Below are positions 11,755-23,700 of a stretch of 64,000 bases of DNA, in pieces. The notes beneath the pieces were generated by a model that made no database searches, was not told the origin of the DNA, and saw only the letters and a program-made list of their open reading frames with translations. Within the stretch, counting starts at the first letter, position 1. Each line of letters opens with the position of its first letter. Position numbers and translations under genes: made by a program. Source of the stretch: Catajapyx aquilonaris (Eukaryota); the NCBI GenBank assembly GCA_000934665.2, contig KZ538406.1, forward strand, positions 1 through 64,000, written 5' to 3'.

Positions 11755-14700
11755 GATTCGACCCCAGATCCCCCGCGAGGTGATAGACATGTGTCGTGTG
11801 TGCACCAATGTATCTCCAGGTGAACCTCAGGTGTGGCTGGGCTCCGACAAGGCATTCACATACGACTATGTGTTTGACACCGACACTATGCAAGCTGCGG
11901 TGTACAGCAACTGTGTGGAGGCACTAGTCGATGGCTGCTTTGAAGGGTATAATGCCACTGTTCTGGCCTATGGGCAGGTGAGTTATTGGACATTTTCTGG
12001 ACCAAGATATGAGGGCGAGTCAAAACAAATTGGGACTGATTTGTTATGTGATAAAGAGAATTAGTTCATGACTTTTCACAAGTGGCATCGTGTCCAGAAT
12101 GGCTTGAAGTATTGGATCACCAATTAATGTTCGAATCTTCCAAAATCCCAAGCAACAGCTTGACACCGAAAGTAAGCAAAGGTTTGCATCCGCCTCCGCT
12201 CTGCCAGGAGGTTGGCAGTGAGGACCAACATTCAATGTTGAGGTTTTTATTGCATTTGAAGACGACAGCGATGGAAGCATACAACATGCCAAGAGAGGTG
12301 TATGGTGAAGAAGTGTTCCACAGCATTCCGATGGTACAAGGCATTCAGCGAGTAGTAGTAAGCTTTCAAAGACACATGTCTGCAGACGCTCATCAGAGTT
12401 CTGACGTAGGACCTCATTAACACCCCCTGTGCAGTGATTGTTCAGGAAGAACACCACATATCCGTCTATGGCCTTGCCAGAATATGTGGTATTTCCCATG
12501 GTAGTGCCCAAGCAATTTTGCACTGACCATTTGCACATATGACACATTTGCACCCGATGAGATGGGTCCTCAGGTTGTTTACTCCATAGGAGAGGCAGAT
12601 GCTGGTGGAGGTTTGTAAAGAGTTTCAGTGTCTTGTGGCCTCACCAGTATCTGCTGTTCACAATCTTAGCATGTCTTACACCTCTGTGGCTGTTTTATTC
12701 AAACGGAAGCAAAACCTCAACACTGAATATTGGCCCTCACCGCCAACCTCCTGTAAGAGCGGAGGCCAATATAAACCAAGGCCTAATTCCGGTGTCACTG
12801 TCCCTGGGGATTTGAGAATATTCGAACAAAAATTGGTGGTCTAATACTTCAAGCCATTCTGGACACGATGTCACTCACGAAAAGTCATGAACTAAAGTGA
12901 GGAAAACCAAACGACAATCTGATGTCTTCGTTTCTTACATTGTTGCTTTTTGTTGCTACTGTTTACTCATATCGTACTGGGAAGGTATTTCCATGGAAAC
13001 CCTGATGAAGTCAGATCTCTTTTTCGTTCCCGCATTGTAACTCTCTGTATCACATAAAAAATCAGTCCCACTTTGTTTTGACTCGCCCTCGTATGTTTAA
13101 ATAGTGCCCATCGTTTTAGAATCCATGTTACAGAATATCAGTTACTTCATTTATGAATTTTCCATTTGCTCCTATCTTCGCATTATTTTTTATGAGAAAC
13201 TGGGAGCATGAGAGGGGTTAAGATGCTGCTCATTAGGTCAGTGTAGTACATTGAGAATATTATGTTTTCAACTGAAAGTTATATGTAGTTAGTGATGATT
13301 CAATGAAGATGTAGGGTAACAAAGTTTTTAAACATTCATGTCATAAGGAGCAGTACTCATGCTACCTTGGTGTAGTCTTGTGGATCAAGTGACTGTAAAT
13401 GCAACTTGTCAACTTATGCTAAGGTGTAACCTAATCAGTGTGTCTTTTAAAAAAAAAAAAAATGCAGACTGGAAGTGGAAAGACCTACACCATGGGCACA
13501 GGGTTTGGGATGGAATGCTCCCCGGAGCTGCAGGGGATCATACCTCGAGCAGTGCAGCACTTCTTCCAGGGTATAAATGAAAAGCAGGACTTAGCCAAGG
13601 CCAATGGAGAACCTGTTCCAGAGTTCAAAATGCATGCCCAGTTCCTGGAGCTCTATAATGAGGAGATCATTGATCTCTTTGACACGGCGAGGGATCCTGA
13701 TTTCCTGAGGGTGAGTACCAGAAAAGTTTGTAAGAAATTTACAATTGATTGTTGCACAACATAAAGGAACCAATCCAGCTGTAATTTAGCAAACATACAT
13801 AATTATACCATGTGCTACCCCCCCCCCCCCCCNACCCGTCCACCTTGCTCGCACCCCAGGTTAAGAACCGCTTTTATAGGAGGATTCCACTGTACACTGT
13901 CAGTTACATTCACCTAAGCTTGTGTGACCTTGAACCAAAAAAAGTTTCACCTACGGCAGGCTTCTTTGCACTCTCATTCCTGGGGGGTGGTGGGTAGGGG
14001 TAATGGGTGTGTCTCTGTCTCTCTCTTCCCCATCACCCGGCCAAATCCTCTTGGTATACCACTGATGCTGCTAAGTTAGCAGTAACTAGCCGAGGGACGA
14101 AAATTCCGCGAAAATTCCACCCAATGTCAATATCTCTCACCAACGAAGAAATATGAGAGACTTTTTCCAGAAGACAAAGTAAAAATCTGTGGTAGGTTTT
14201 ATTATTTTGATTTGACCAAGCAGCATACTCTCTGTACAGTAGTACATTAAAAACTTGTGAATAGCTCGTTTCTTACGATGTCTAGGACCATTTTCAGATT
14301 ATCTGTGTTTTCCAATTATCCGGCAACACCCATGCAATCATTAGCACAGATAATCAGGAGTACAGTGTACATACATCAGGTTGTTCTTTATATGCATAAT
14401 ATTGGGCAGATTTAAGGGGCGTATTGGAAAAACATGATAACTGACGTTGTTGTCATTTTTGACCTAAACAGTTTGGTATACTCCAAGTTCACGTATCATG
14501 CACGAGACGGCCACACTGTTCGCTCTCCTGAAAAATTACACCTTTGTTAGTTATCATGTTTTTCCACCACACCCCTCTTTGCTTTGTACAGTACCTTATC
14601 ACTCTGTCTTACTCCTGCTAGTGTGATACAACTGATGAAGGGTATTAATTTTATTGCTTTTTGACAATTTCAGGGCAGGAAAAACAATGTGAAGATTCAT

Positions 14701-17700
14701 GAAGATGTTGGAGGGGGAATCTATTGTGTTGGGGTAACTTCCCAAATTGTGAACTCAGCAGAAGAGGCCCTCCAGTGCCTGAGGGTGGGGGCCCTGTCGC
14801 GCACCACAGCCAGCACAGCCATGAATGAACAATCGTCCCGTTCGCATGCCATATTCACCATCCACCTCAGGCAGCAGAGAGTGGTGAAGGTGGAAGACAA
14901 CAGTTCAGATGAAGACAGGGTGGGAGATGGTGGAAATGGTGGAGAAGGGGATGGGATGTTGAGTGAGTTCGAGACCCTGACTGCAAAGTTTCATTTTGTG
15001 GACCTTGCTGGATCAGAGAGACTCAAGAGGACCAGGGCCACTGGTGAGAGAGCTAAAGAGGGCATCTCAATCAACTGTGGACTTCTGGCCCTAGGGAATG
15101 TCATCTCTGCACTGGGAGATAAGTCGAAGAAGGTGTCACATGTGCCCTACAGGGACTCCAAGCTCACCAGGCTCTTGCAGGACTCCCTTGGAGGTATTGA
15201 TGGAAAACCCCTTGGACCCCCGATTTTGTCATTGTTGTTCTTTTTAACAAGACGTACAGTTGGCTGAATGATGTTTGTGTACGCTAGAAAGGCCATACTA
15301 TTGTTAGAAGGTCTTGCCAAAACTGTTATGCATTTTGGCCATCACCCTGTTTCGAAACCTTCGTTGCAAGTGAACTGAATGATTAACATTGTGCGTTTTT
15401 ACTTCACTCAGGCAACAGCCGCACTGTGATGATAGCTTGCGTGTCCCCAAGTGACCGTGACTTTATGGAGACCCTGAACACCTTGAAGTACGCAAACAGA
15501 GCTCGCAACATCAAGAACCGGGTGACTGTGAACCAAGACAAGACGTCCCGCACCATCTCTCTTCTTAGGCAAGAGATCCAGCAGTTACAGCTTGAGCTGA
15601 TGGATTTTAAGCAGGGGAAGAGGGTGGTGGGAACTGATGGAGTGGAATCCATTAATGACATGTTCCATGAGAATACCATGCTGCAGGCAGAGAACAACAA
15701 TCTCAGGACAAGAGTCAAGGCACTGCAAGAGACCATTGACTCACTCACTGCCAGGAATGTTGGGCTGCTCACTGAGAGGGTTACTGCTGGTTGGACCTCT
15801 GCTTCTGGGGATTCAGAGGACAACCAGGAGCGGTGAGGATCTATGTCTAAACATCTCTTAAGCTCTAATTTCACCAGTATTTGAATGGGTTGATGGCTAA
15901 TTTGCCATGTGAGATATCGGGTATGCCCTCTGTGTCTTACCTGATGTGGAGAAACTCTCTTTCATTGGGTGTATATTTCTGGACCTAATTGAGATTTTAT
16001 GATTTGTACGATGTGCTTGAATAAGCTGTCAGTTTTCTTGGGTAGGCTGAAGAGTTTGAGTGAATTAAAAATTTAAAGCAGTAGACATGTGAAGTTGTAA
16101 AGGAAAGGTGTCCTAGTTTCACTTTAATATTTTGCTAGCTTCCAGCTGTTTCTTCATCTCAAAAGTGATGTATTTTGTTTGCTAATTCGAAAATTAACAT
16201 TTTAGTACGGAAGGAGTTGAAGGCGGTGTTGGTGAACTGGTGAAGGGGTACCTGAAGGAGGTAGAAGACTTGAGGGCTAAACTGTGCGAGTCGGACCACA
16301 TGTGCATGCAGCTAAGGAAGGAGAAGGCCAGGCGTGCCACCTCTGCCAATCCATATGGTAGCATGCCCCACGGGCCAAATAAGCTCAACCTACCGTTCAG
16401 TGTTGTTGGCCGTATGTTGCTTGCTTTTTGCTTTGTTTTTAGTTTAGATTTCTTTTTGTTTTGAATGCATAATTATGGCTCATAGCGAGGGATTGTGTTT
16501 TTTATTGATTTTGCAGAATGTGAGCGCTTTTGTTATTTCAGTGTTTCAAATGGATGTCTATTATTTTGTGTAGCTCTTTGCATACTCTAGAACAGGGTTT
16601 CTCAACTGGGGTTTTGCGGAATTCTAGGGTCCCGTGAGCAATCGCTAGGGGTTCTGCAAGAAGTAGTGATGAATAGGCTAAACATATGTAAATACATTTT
16701 TGAGTAATCAATTGATAGGTCTATAATAAAATAATTTTAATGTAGGGGTTTGCTGAGACATGAATATTATTTCAAGGGTTCCGCAAGGGTAAAACGGTTG
16801 AGAAACGTTGCTCTAGAAGCTGCTTCAGCTGAGTGCTTAATGTGCTGCAAACAGAGCAGGTGAATCTATGCAAAACTTACTACTGATGAAAATTAGAAGG
16901 GAATGTTTAATAATGAATACATAAAAAGTGAGGCCACGCTGTATGTCAGACTAATTAACGATCAGGAAACATATCTGGATTTTATGTAAGTACTAATTTA
17001 CAGTTACAAATTTCTTTGCTGTTTGTGTGGGAAGTTGAGCATAGATCATGGAAAGGTGTTTAATGTTGAATGCAATGGAACAGGTATGTGGCAGAATTGC
17101 TCCTGTCCTCAAAAATTTTCTGCAATAAACAAGTTTCCATTAAATCAGGCAATGCCAAACTGGGAAAAATATAACGTCCAATAACAACATGGTATGCCTA
17201 TTTGGCGCCCCAAGTTTGGGCACTTTTTGAACTCCAAATTGGTGCAATGTACTGCCAACTTTTTCCTCTTCAATTACAGTTTTTATGTCCTACAGATGCT
17301 CCGCATGCCCATTTTTTGCCCTAATTCTGATTTTGTTGTTGTTGTGTTGCCATCTTTAATGCAATATTAATTGCACTATGCACAATGGTTTTCCTTACTG
17401 AGGGACCTAGAAGCTGTGGAAAGTCTATCGTTTATCCGCACCTAGCGCCACGGCGGGGTTGGGAGGGCGTGATGGGCTCCAAACCTGTTGACTACGGGTC
17501 GCAAACAATCGATTGCCGGGAGAGCACAACAAAGGGTGTCGTCTTACTCCTGCCACGCGAACCGATCAGACAAGTGCTAGAACCCCGGTCTTAATGAAGG
17601 AGGTGGCAAATTTAAACGCCATGAGGGTTGCCAAGACATCAACCACGATAGCAACTGTGAAGGCATTTGAATTTGGCAGTATCAAGGCACCCCATTGTTT

Positions 17701-20700
17701 GCGACGCACCGCTGCCAACCGTAGGGAGGTCTCCTGCCCACCCAACCCCGACCGCGTCGTTAAGGTGCGGATAAACAATGGTTTATCTGCAGCGGTCTGT
17801 TCCCATGTTAGACAGGTTCCACGTTATCTGACAAAAATGAATGAGAAATCCTACCTCGCTGCAGGATCTGTAAGTTTTCCTGCAGTACTATGTCAGGGTC
17901 TGCAGGCAGGTTTTGCTGAATTTTTTGACAATGCTAAAAGCTGTCTTGTTGCATATGAATTAATTTCTGATATTGATAAGACTTTAAAAGGTCAAGGTGT
18001 TTTCATCAGCCTTTGCAATATCCATTCAAGTTCGGTGATATAAGTAATATTTAAAGGAGACTTCCAGATGGAGAGAGGCTTGTTACATTTTCTTTACTGT
18101 TATTTGATAAAAGACCACCATTACTAACCCCTGTTGTTCACTCTACCTTCCAGGCCCACTCGTAGATGAAGGCATGGAGCCATACCTGCAGAACCTAATA
18201 GAGCAGGCAAAACAGGAGCTGGAGCGTGACAAGCAGGTAAAGAAGTCTAAATCTCGCCACAACTCAGAAGAAAAAGATGGTGGGGGAGAGGAGAAAGAAG
18301 ATGGGGAGAGCACCTTGACGGGAGGAGGTGCTTCCAGTAGTTCAGATGAAACCAGCGGTGAGGAGGAAGAGGATGAAGAGGAGGCTGAGCTGGATGCAGA
18401 GAAGCATAAGATTAGCCAGGAGCTCGCAGAGCTCACCTCAGATATCAGCCTCAAGCAGAAGCTGATAGATGAGCTTGAGCTGTCCCAACGTCGCCTCCAC
18501 ACCATGAAGCAGCAGTATGAGGAGAAATTGATGACCCTCCAGAATAAGATCAAGGCCACACAAGAAGAGAGGGACAAAGTACTGGCTAGCCTCAGTAAGT
18601 GTATGTTACATAGTGATGTGTAGCTTGCAGGGCATGCTGCAAGTCTGTTTTGATGTTTTGATGAAACTTTTTTGTGTTTCAACCAAATATGTGACTTGAT
18701 AGTATTCCTGATATTATTCAGATAACCCTGGAACCGTGACGTGCCTGAAAGTTACAGCAACCGTGACGTGGGGTCTTTTAGGACCCCCATCCATATTTTA
18801 GTTTTTGTTAATTTTTATATGATACTTTTCAATGCATTGACTATATGCAATCATTCTTTGAACAATGCCTAAAATGATCGCTAATTCAAAATAAACATGT
18901 ACTTCCTGTTATATACTTTTTTTAAATGGCAAAAGTTCATTGTAATTTATCATTTTAATGCATTTTAATTTCTTTGGGGTCCTAAAAGACCCCACGTCAC
19001 GGTTCCAGGGTTAACTTACATCCCTTACTTGTACTTGAGTAAGCATAGCAGTACCGTACTTATTTGGTGACATTCCAAGTTTTTTAAGGTGCCAAAAATA
19101 CGTGACCATTGTTGTCATTACTAAGCAATGCCATGATAGCAATAGAAATGAAATGACGTCATTTGAAACTTTAAAAAATTTGGAGTGTAAGCGTGTCAGG
19201 TTACTAAAGTCAGGTTCAGTGTTCTCGCTAGGTAATGCAATGGCATCTGGTAACACCCCAAAGGGCAGGCCAAGATCCAGCAGGTCCGATGTGCGTCCCA
19301 TATCTACAACCTCTTCCTTGTCCTCCTCCAGAATCTCAACCGCTGCCTCAACCTCACACTCCATATCTTACTCCCGTAAGCCTTTCCCTGTTTCCCCTTT
19401 GCTCCACTCAACCACCTGTTCATAATAATGGACCATTTTACATTGTCATACCTTGTGTTTTTTGCTACTAACTCGTTTCACCAATGTTAAGCAGTAGAGC
19501 TATGTTATGTTTTCACTCTGAACTTTAAGCTCCCTTCTATATTGGTAAAAATCTCACAGATGAACATTTTCCTTCACTCTCAGTCCTCAAGAATATCAGT
19601 GAGTTACATACACTGTGGGAAAGCTCATTTCATAAGCTTTCTGACGGTGTGATACATTCGTTAAAACGTGAATGTTGGTTTGTTGGGGTGGAGAATCCTC
19701 TACATTTACAATGAGCAAAATTCTGAAATAGTGTACATGAAAATAAACTCATGCTCCTTCTTTGTGGTGACTTAGGATTTTTCGTATGGGGAACATTTAA
19801 AACTTGCTTTTTTCTGGGCATATTTTTATCTGCATCTCATTTCAGGCGGTCACAGCAGCAATCCACCAGAAGACAAGGTGAAGCGGGTAAAAGATGAATA
19901 TGAGCGAAAGATAGGTCACATGCAGCAGGAGCTCCGTCGGCTTCAGGTGGCACAGAAGGAACATGCTCGCTTGGTGCGCAGCCAGGGTGACTATGAGCGC
20001 CAGCTGCGCAACCTGAAGGGAGAGCTGGGAGATATGAAGCGAACCAAGGTGAAACTGATGACAAAGATCAAGGAAGAGACAACACGCAGGAGAGAACTGG
20101 AGCTGCAGCGCAATCGGGAGGTTGCTCAGTTGAAAAAGGAGGGCCGCAAGAGGGAGAACCAGATCCGGTCTCTTGAAGCTGAGAAGAGGGTGAAGGAGGC
20201 CGTCCTTCGTAGGAAGCAGGAGGAAGTGCAAGCCCTCAGGCAGGTCAGCAGGGGGGCCATGAGTGCAAGGGCCGCTGGACGTATGGTCAGAGGTGAGTTG
20301 CATCAGATGGCGTTAGAAGTGTGGGTGTCATCAACTAGCATGTGGCAGACCATTTATACAGTTGGTTTTTGGAAACCTAAATTATTTTGTGAGAGCTAAT
20401 TTTGCACATTGCTAGTGTGGACTGGGATTTTTCAAAGAATTGTAGGTATGCTGTAGAAATTTCTGCTAAAGGGATGTGAAGTTTTTGGAAAAAATTATGC
20501 AATTTTGTATTGTTTTTGAGAATATACTAACAACTGAGTATTTTGAAATGTTAACTAAATTTGTCTATTATCTTGATAATCGGAGCTACTTCCTGACTTA
20601 CCATGGGCATACTCAGTAACGCTGCTGTTTTCATCTGTCACATAATACTTTTTCTTATGTATGTGTTTTTAGGTCGTAATGCTCGTCAGGTGTACTCCCC

Positions 20701-23700
20701 GAAGGCAGTGAAGATGAAGTGGCAGAAGATGGAGAAGAGTATCACGCAGGCTGTGTTAAGCAAACAAACCATGTCCAATCTAGAGCGTGATATGGAACGC
20801 TATCTGAAAGACAGGGAGCGCCTTAGTCGCCAGCTGGAGAGACTAAAGAGCAGGCACAACAAGCTTCACCAGGATGGTGCTGCTGATGGCGTGATACGCG
20901 ATGTAGAGGACCAAATGGAAAGCATTCGCGCCAACATTGATTATGTCCAGGAAAACCTTGCCGAATGCCAGCAGAATGTGGTGCAGCTGGAAGAGGCCAA
21001 GGAAGGTTTGGAGGTGGCCCTGCCAGATGCCACTGTTCTAACCCAGGGATTAGGGATGGAAGAGTCACATTACATCATTGAGAAGCTGCTGGCCATGGCC
21101 ATGCACCAGGGCTGCCTAGCTGCCCAGAAGGATGCATCCCTGAAGGAGATAGAAGCCAAAATGAGTCAGGAGGTGCAGAACAATGTGGTGCACCAACAGC
21201 TGCTCAACCTGGTCCTGGAAGGACAGGACAACTGGTTTGCTGGAGCCAACTTCAATCCCTCCATCAACCTGGTTCCAGGAGATGGTGATTCTGAACCAAT
21301 CAGTTCCGAGTCATCCAGGTCCAGCTCACCCTTCAGCAGGTCAGGATTTTTATTTGCAGTACCTTCATGACTTGGGTTTTCATTTGGTTCTTATAGCAGT
21401 GCACGTTTATTCTTTTCCTGTGGTAAAAATTTTAGGTTACATTTTGCTGACAGTTGTGTGATAGGATAGCCTATTTTTTGCATATTTACCAATCTACTCT
21501 TATTGCAATTCGTCAAAAGCAAGGGAGACATTAGATTTGATGTTGTTTTTAAAATAAGAAAGTCCCACATGGTTGAGTTACACACTGATATTAGTTTTGA
21601 CACCTGTTGAGCTTATTAGCATTCACTACTCAATATTTTTCATGTTGGAATATTTTTGCACAATTTTTGAAGCCTTTTTGGGCCCAAAATGAATCAATCT
21701 GAAATTTATAGCATGGAAATTTCTGCTTAAAAGCAGGTGTAATTATCTGAATGAAACCTATATTTGCATATCAATTTACCAGTAGGTTACACCATAATAT
21801 CATTACGCAGATTGGCACTTGTTCAAATAGTAGTGGACACTTGGTGCTGAGAAGTAGGTTAATGTAATGCGAGTCGTCAGTATGTGAACTTCTTAGTGAG
21901 CAGAAGTTGTCCTCTACGTTTTTGAATACTTGGGTGATGGGAGTCAATGTTTTTGCAAATGTACGGTACTTAATTTTTGGGCAGTGGAATGTCTTTTAGC
22001 ATAATTTCCTTGTCTTGATGATTCTGCTGCACTAGTAGCATTAGAAAGTAAGCAAGTCAAGGATGTGCATGTGCCCTTATTTCTTCCGTTGGGTAGTTAG
22101 CTCTGAAGACAAAGAGAGCAGCTGCCCTGAATTTTGGCACTTAGAAGCAAGACACATTGCACTCCCAAATTGCATGCGTGGTGCGAGCATAAACCTCAGA
22201 CCGGTGGGACTGACGCTCCCCCTTCCCTTCACTCTCCCCCTTCCCTTCACTCTCCCACCTCCCCACCTCCTCTCGATCATTATTATGATTATTATTTTTT
22301 AAATCCTCTTTATCTACCTTGTTTAAAATCCACCTTGGCCTTTTCTTTCCTGTTGCACCATATGATTTGCCTTTTCTTCCTCTTCTTCTTGTTTCTCTTT
22401 ACGCACATTTTATTTTGCTTTAGTTGGTGGATGGCTGCTTTGTTTCTGGGAAGTGTCCTAGTGTTTGTGTTGCTGCTGTGGACAGAGCGAGGAGGTGCTA
22501 GAGGAGGGTATGTGGAAGGCAGAATCGGGAGGAGGAGAGCGGATGTTGGGGTCTGTCAGCTGGGATCGGGAAGGTGATTGGGGCCTGCTTCTTTAAAAAA
22601 CAGAGATTACCAAGGTGCCTGCATGATTCTTGGTTTATGTGTCCTTCGCTTTATGCCCTGTTGCTTATTACTGAGCTTTTACTGGTTGTCTGCAGCCTGC
22701 TTTCGCTGTTGCTTTCTTTACATTGACTTGACCATCTAAGAGTGCCCTTTATTCTCCACTCTTTAACAACTGTGTCAGACGCGTGAGGTGCAGGCAAGTA
22801 TGCCATCTAGAAGTAATTAAGTAGTGAATCAGTGGTGTGGTAGTTTAACTAGATTCTCTCAGGTGAAAAATGTGGAGTGATTCCGGGGTAAATGAGATTA
22901 CATGGTAGCATTTTTTTTAATGCCACGTGGAAGTGGCTTAGTTACCAAAGTGTCCAGAGTAGACAATGCATGGGGAAGTATGCTTCCATGCTTGTGCATG
23001 ATGCTTCTGACTAGTGTTAGACTACTTGAAACGCTCTGATATTTTGACACCATTATATTAGTTTTTGTGAGATTGTGGTTCTGTCAATTCCCATTTTCAT
23101 TGCCTTCAGATCACTAGTGCCCCTCAGAATCTTATGGCAGTCCACATTTCTAGTCTTTAGTTTCTGATCTCATATGTTGGATCTGAATTCACAAACAGGT
23201 GAAAATGAGAGATCCTTAGCATACATATTGGATCCTCCCATTGCCATAGTGTCCCACTGTAACTTGCCACCTACTTGTGCTGCACATTTGATTTGTGCCC
23301 ATTTGTACCGACTCTGCATATTAGTAAGAGAAGTTATGTCCTGAACCACATTACTTTTGAGCAATTTCTTGAAACATACCTTTATTTCAGTCTTTAATAA
23401 GCAAATTGTAACTTGAAAATATCAAAGTAATTTCTATTGATGCAATTATTTATGGCCTTTGTAAGCTGATGTGACCAATCTGATTACATGACTTTTTGCA
23501 TTTCTGTCCTAGGGAAAAGTTACGACCTACCAGATTGTGAATACTGTATAATTAACACTGCAAAATTAAAATTCCAATTCCAATTATTTTTTGGTCCCAG
23601 GCCACTGTAATTTTGAGATCCTCTGCCGTATTTATACTGGTCTAATGTGTTGGTGCCAAATGGGCATTTGCAATGGCATAGTTTAATGTGACTGTAACTA

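Noticed and set aside
17513..18043. 176-aa intronic ORF
   Set aside because: Overlaps a foldback repeat; no motifs or convincing splice sites.
15404..20303. Minus-strand ORFs of 150-180 aa (15404-15874, 18143-18682, 19842-20303)
   Set aside because: They coincide with KIF21 exons and are antisense shadows.
22216..22270. Short tandem repeat (ctcccccttcccttcact) and poly-G/C runs at about 9307, 13818 and 44494
   Set aside because: Ordinary low-complexity sequence, partly with ambiguous bases; not CRISPR-like.
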